A stretch of DNA of 64,000 nucleotides, from NCBI GenBank assembly GCA_010909165.1, contig MU008153.1, positions 248,001 through 312,000 on the forward strand. Direction: 5' to 3'. The stretch's first letter is position 1, and each line of letters begins with the position of its first letter. The stretch is from Anthoceros angustus. Taxonomy: Eukaryota; Plantae; Anthocerotophyta. Positions 57,897 to 64,000 of this stretch are shown one piece after another. Under the pieces are notes generated by a model that saw nothing but the letters and a program-made list of their open reading frames with translations, made no database searches and was not told where the DNA came from. A program made the position numbers and the translations under genes.

Positions 57897-59806
57897 GTTT
57901 CCGACCGGAAGCTTGGCGGCGGCGGCAGCAGCGGCGGCGGGAGCGTCGGCAGCGCGGAGGCGAGGGACAGCGCGCCCTGCGCATCCGAGCCTGCGGGTGG
58001 TGCGCTCTCAGCTCTCAGGGCGGGAGCTGGAGGTGCAGCAACTCGAGACCCAGCAGGTGGAAGTGCTGTGGACCGCGCGGCGGGATTGAGAGCTGCAGGA
58101 AGAGGAAGCATGAAACAGCTGGAATGCGCACAAAAGGAGAGCTCGGAGGTCGGAGGAGAGAGGAGGCAATCAGAACTGCAGCCCCTCCTTGCGCAGAGAA
58201 GAGCACATGAGGAGAGCGCGAAGGCGGGGAGAGAGGAGAGCAGAGCGCGGAGCAGACCCATTTTTGGACATTCTGGCACGAGACCAACCGGGACTTCCGG
58301 TATTCCCCGGTCATCATCCCTCTCTCCAACAACGACTCATAAATTAAATCCCCACCGGAGCGCCGCGCTTCCGTTGCCGCCCGTCACGTCTTTAGTCTAC
58401 GTTTTTATCGCATATATAATTATATAAGAATTTAATTTTTTATCTAATAAAATAATATTCAACTATAATGATCTCACTTTTATTATATTATATTATATAT
58501 TCCGTACTTTTGTTACACATAATACTTTTCGGATCCTTGCAAGCACAGCAAAAGTCTTGTTTGTAACATCGGCTGTGATGTTCAATGAACGTGATAGAAT
58601 AACTCTCGTTTGTGTGTGAAAGCGGATTGACCTGGTGTATATATAATTGAAATCTAATAAGCCAGATTTTGTAAGTATATCTAGGCAAAATTAGCAAGTG
58701 CAAGACTTTCATCCAATACATTATGAACAGCTTCACAGTCCACCCTTGATAGATGTTGACCGGGAGTACCCATCAGAGTAATATTCAGAAAGCTAGTATA
58801 GTTATAAAATCTTATATGTTTAAACTAATTCCTACACAGCATGTCCCTCTCTAAACAAAAAGCTTTTTTATATTGTTAAATATATAGAAGAATTAGGTTA
58901 ATATTTTTAGTTTTAATAATACTATATTTATATTAATAAATAAAACAATGTTTGATGATTTATCATACTATCTATAGGAGTACCAAAGAGGTAACCAATA
59001 ACATTTAGCATGTAGCACTAACTAGGGAGTAGGAGGGTAGGTCACATTCAACGTGGAAATAACCTTGATTGGGGGCACATTTCTAGAGACTGGGTAATAG
59101 CGGTATCGATAAAGTTGAAGCTTATTGAAGGCACATTTATTGAGGATGGACAATATTGATGAAGTTGGAGTAAAGGACTAAGCCTTCAGTTATGTACGGT
59201 GTGCACACGTATGTATATACCTTATGCAGCACGTATGTATATCCGTAGGTGTATTCCAGCGCAATCTGTCAGGAAGGAAGCCAGTGCAACCTGTCCATAA
59301 GAGGACAGCGTGGGTGCACGGGTCCAAAGAAGACAGGCGCACGGGTCTGTCTTCAGCCAGTTGGACAGGGTTGTCCTTAGTCCCGGCCCACGTCCTTTCC
59401 TTTATGCCAATAAGTGTCCTTCTCTTTCAATAAAGTTGTGTGGTTGCGTGCCTATTTTGCAGTGTATTGTGACCTACATGATAGCAACCCGTAAAAGATA
59501 TCAGACTACTAAAAGCAAAAACGCAAAGGCTTGCTTCCAACTTGATTTTCACTAGCTGAATCCTTCTGTTTAGATTGTAGGAACCCAACTACTTTTGCAG
59601 ATAGTATACATGCAAAGCCCACAAGCTGTACTCCGTCTGATCAATATATGGACAGACTATGTAGAAATAGGACATGAAAGAAACCTACATTACAAGACCA
59701 TGTATCTTCAAAGTTTGTTGCTATTCACTCTTTTGTAATAGCTACAAGCTTCATGACACTTGATTCTTGGATCTTTGCCACAATCTTGCTGACATTCTGA
59801 AGCAAT

Positions 59807-60895
59807 ATGACTAGTTTTTCAACTAATATGTCGGTGAAAGAAAGTGTGCAATTTCATGATAAGGAAGAAAAGGATTCTCAAGAAAGCAAATGCAATTTAT
59901 TGAAGCCTGCTCAAGAGGGTGTAAACATCGGAGGTTGGAGAGCATTATTGGCTCGTCGGAATTTGAGCTCCTCATTTGTCAACGAGGCATCGTCTTTGGA
60001 AATGTATTATACTCAATCTTTCTACTTCTATGACATACTTGGAGATGAACAAGCAAAGTGTGGAACAAGCAAGAAATAAATTTTCTAAAAATTATATTTA
60101 TAATCAACCAAATAATTTTGTATAGCATGAACAGGATATTATTAAACAATATGGAGTCCTTAAATTCATCAAGCTTTCTCTTATAAAGAAGATTATACAA
60201 ATTGTACTTATTTTAATGGACCCACAATTATGTATTTAGAGAGCAAGCTCTGCAACAATTATTAGACATCAAGCTGGATGGAGAAAATATTTGTTCACTC
60301 AATCCTGCTTATTTCATGTATCTTCCAGCTGTGATAAAACTTGACTTGCAGAATGTAAGAACTCCATTATGTTTCACTGGATTTAACAATTATCAAATAT
60401 TAGACTTGGATGATCTAAATTAATTTGAGAGTTTATATCGTTGTTTATAGAATAAATTGAGAAACATAGCAGCATTAGGAGAAGCAAGGCAATTAAGGTC
60501 TCTAAATTTATCTCATAATCAAATCACTCATCTTGAAGGCCTGAAAAGGATACAAAAACTCATATTTTTGGATATTTCACACAACAACATCTCATACATG
60601 GATATTGGTAAAACTTAGTGTATGGTGTTAAGCATACATCAAGAAAAATTAAAACAAAAGAATCTTTTCTTTGACATGCCTACTACTTATTATGAATGCA
60701 GAAGCGGATCTTCCCACATCTTTATTGTATTTGGATATTGCACATAATCCATGTTGCGATACTGAGGAAGAGCTTTACACAGATATAGCCAAATTTTTAC
60801 CTCACTTACAAGAACTAGATTCTGCCCCTGCAGCAAATTTTAAAGAAAATGAATCTCAAAGGTTTAAGGACACAAATGATCATATTAATACATAA
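59807..60895 (+). CDS. SDS22-type LRR protein with LRR cap, LRRC46-like; exons 59807-60003, 60240-60354, 60451-60607, 60702-60895
   Basis: Spliced product: ALLARRNL...IKLDGENICSL...LDLQNNKLRNIAALGEARQLRSLNLSHNQITHLEGLKRIQKLIFLDISHNNISYM...LPTSLLYLDIAHNPCC...FLPHLQELD. From memory this matches the layout of animal LRRC46. The exon 1 donor is weak. Confidence 0.78.
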
Positions 60896-62289
60896 AGTAT
60901 GTGAACATACTTTGAAGATGGTTGCGTACTACAAATAACTCAAATCTGATTTCACTTTACACTGCAAACATTCTCAAAATGACATATAGCAAGAGAATGT
61001 TGTACGTAATATTATTTAGATCTTTTGAATGCTGCACAAAAAAAAACAAAAATAGAAATCTTTATATATGAAGGAAATGATTCTATGTATTTACATAAAT
61101 TAAAAACAATATAATCATTATTAATTAGAATATCATTAATTTTCAAACTTAATAACTTAAAACTAAAATACATATAAAACCAATACAAATATATTTTTTA
61201 GCTAGTTTAGGTTTAGGCGATAAGCTTTTGTAAAATCGCTTTAACCTAAACTACCTGAAAGAATTAAGGTTAGTATTTCCTTATGTTGCTACCTCCATTT
61301 GTCGCTTCCAGTAAGCATTAGGTGAGGATTTTAATCCAATAACTGAGGATCTAAGGAAGCTTCATAAGGTTCTTAATTGTATACTTGTGTAGTGATTAAA
61401 ATTGCTAGAATGTGGGCCTCCCTCAGAACGTTACTTCTATTTTGCCTTTTGTATGCTTGTTATCTTCATATTTAACCAATTCTTATTTTTTAAATAAACA
61501 ACTAAGGTTGCATGTTGTAAGATTACAGGTGATAAGTGCACCTAAGGTGAGTCATGGGCATTCCTATGATCTCTTTAGCATGGAGCCTTCTAGGACTTAT
61601 CTTTGCCGGCTGTTATCCCAGGTCCATCTGTACCGCGTATGCTGCCTCTTCTCCCTTCTGAATACTAAAAAAAGGGTTCGCTCAAGGGAAACCAATGCGC
61701 CTCTATCAAACGTTGCATTTAAATCTCTCGCCGGTCAGTCTTCCTACTAACGGGCTAACCATCTTCGGAGGCATCTAGGGCGAACCAAGTTACAGACCGT
61801 TTGGGGTGGATGGCATGACCTTCATCGGGATACAATTACCAGCTATTTGATATGAGCAATCATTTCCTTATGCCTACAATAATGCAATTGCAGGCCGTAA
61901 ATCTATACATGTGAAAGCCAATACGTCGTCAATTGCACAATGAAAGTACAAAGCATGCACGCTAAACCCAACAGATGATTTTATATACTGAAAAGCACCT
62001 TAAAGGACGTTTCTCATGGACGCTCAACTTGCCCAAGTTTTAACATAATAAGACAAGAAATACACTCCTTGTTGGCTGACACGGGGTATGTTAAGTTCCC
62101 TCCTGCAAACCGCCCAAATAAGTCCACACTAACAAATACTCCCTTGATATACATAAAGGGACAAAAGTCTAATCAATAGGGATCTTATCATGTTGGCCAA
62201 AGGAACAGCATGGTTCGAGCTCTCTTGTTTTCACTCGCGAAGCACGCGCTCTACTCACACACTCTGCTACTTTGGAAATGCGCTTTAAG

Positions 62290-62475
62290 GATGATGAGTG
62301 CTTGATGGGTGTCAATCAGCTTGCTGATAATCATGCCAGCTTGTGCGCTTTCAAAGACATCCTCAGCGCTTGATGGGCACCATTCAGCTTGCTGGCAATC
62401 ATGCGAGCTTGTGCGCTTTCAAAGACATCCTCAGCGCTTGATGGGCTTCATTCAGCTTGTTGGCGATCATGCCAG
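62290..62475. repeat. About 67-bp tandem repeat, about 2.5 copies
   Basis: gcttgtgcgctttcaaagacatcctcagcgcttgatgggc occurs twice. Confidence 0.85.
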
Positions 62476-63189
62476 GTTTCGGGCTTTTCATAGTTGATGT
62501 GAATTCAAGTACGACTGTGATTGAGAATGCATAAGATGGAACCCTCAAAGCTACATCAAAGGCTGTGTCGGATCATTGTTTTAGCAACTTGGTTGTTCGA
62601 GCGACTTGAACTGCAGATTTCATGTTCCCAGTGTTATTTGGCTTATACGGAGTGTTTTCTCTGATTCCATTACAATTGGTTATGTTTGAGATTTTAAATT
62701 GTTAAAGTTCACAAGTTTACGGTCATGCTGAAGGGGTATTATAACCAAGTCCATAGGGCGAGGTTGTTCTAGGCTGGGTACCCGAATGCATGGCTGTTAT
62801 GTCACGTGAAAATGGCGCCTAGACTCGTATATGGCTGTTAGCGCTATCATTGCTTCACGCAGTTTGTGAAAGCCACCTACTCTAGCCCGTTTGCATACGC
62901 TCTGGATATATATTTGTAATTATGCATGCTTAGTGAAATAGAGCTGTTTTATTTTCATACTTTTTCCAGTCAAACCTACATAAAAACATCTTGATGCATC
63001 ATGGCAGAGAGCCTTTTTGCTCTTATTTTAAATTAAATCATACCTTCCTATCCTTCTAGACGATTCTTATTTGACTTTTGCAATTTGTTGACTTGTCCTT
63101 AGTGGACTTCTTCATCTTCTTTATCATACTACTTTAAAGTCTATGCCAACACACGCCATCATGCCTATGTATGCATCATGGCTAAATTG

Positions 63190-63550
63190 TTCAAGTTTAC
63201 CGTTTAAGTCGTTTTCTCTTTTCAATATTTCATAGTTCTCTTTCATGCTCATTGCTTAAATCCTTCTATTTCAAGCATACCATTTAAATTCTTCTCTTCC
63301 AAGCTTACGGTTTAAATCCTTCTCTTTCAACCTTACCGTTTAAATCCTTCTCTTTCAAGCTCACCGTTTAAATCGCTCTCTTTCAAGCTTATCATTCAAA
63401 TCCTTCTCTTTCAAGTTCACCGTTTGAATCCTTCTCTTTCAAGTTCACCGTTTGAATCCTTCTCTTTCAAGCTTACCATTGAAATCCTTCACTTTCAAAG
63501 CTACCGTTTAAATCCTTCTCTTTCGCTTTTTACCGTTGAAGTTTCTTTCT
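63190..63550. repeat. About 29-30-bp minisatellite, about 12 units, decaying towards the window end
   Basis: Unit ttcaagcttaccgtttaaatccttctct; more diverged copies continue to about 64000. Confidence 0.9.
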
Positions 63551-64000
63551 TTCTTTAATGCTGTACCGTTGTTTGCCAAGTTTTTGTTTAGCCATTCTCT
63601 TTCAATGTTTACGGTTCAATTTTTTGTTCTGCTATGCTTGCCCTTCTCTTTCTATCGTCCCATTTCACTGGTCTCTTTCAATGTCCATCTTTGAATTATT
63701 ACAGCTTCTTATTTTCACCATTTTCTTTCAAGTTTACATTTAGATCACTATTCTTTTTCAATAGTATTGTTTAAGTTTTTTTAATGTTTACAATTATCTT
63801 CTAAGCTTACTATTTATGGTTTTAGTTTTTTCAATAATTATCATTCTCTTTTAAGTTTAATAACTATGTTCTGTTTCAAGTCTACTAGTGATCATATAAT
63901 CGTTCTCTCTCCCTTTTCATTATGGTTTCCATCTTTCTCTTTCCTTAATATACCATTTATGATTATTGTCCATCACCTTTCTATACCCTTCAAGCTCAAC

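Overview
Eukaryotic land-plant genomic DNA with compact genes and mostly 80-250 bp introns. The compact structure and an LRRC46-like flagellar gene suggest a seed-free plant (hornwort, other bryophyte or lycophyte); this is inference. Nine spliced host genes can be modelled: a SAUL1/PUB43/44-type U-box-ARM ligase, a divergent IGPS(TrpC)-fold protein, a plastid class I SAM methyltransferase, an HhH-GPD 3-methyladenine DNA glycosylase, a laccase, TMEM120/TMPIT, a USP-family deubiquitinase, a PLATZ transcription factor and an AT-rich LRRC46-like LRR gene. Between them lie two full-length Ty1/copia elements (about 164-5203 and 32768-40168), copia and gypsy remnants, a possible CACTA-like region and several tandem arrays. 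Most notable: (1) an intact 8-exon IGPS-like gene lacking several catalytic and phosphate-binding residues (candidate pseudoenzyme); (2) a copia element with TA...TA LTR ends, a CTGTC target-site duplication, an extra ORF upstream of gag and antisense ORFs before the 3' LTR; (3) a duplicated junction between two convergent genes, with reciprocal decay of the two copies; (4) the LRRC46-like gene with very low GC. The TE regions are full of small deletions, which may partly be long-read consensus error. All exon models and family calls were made by eye; no database search was run.
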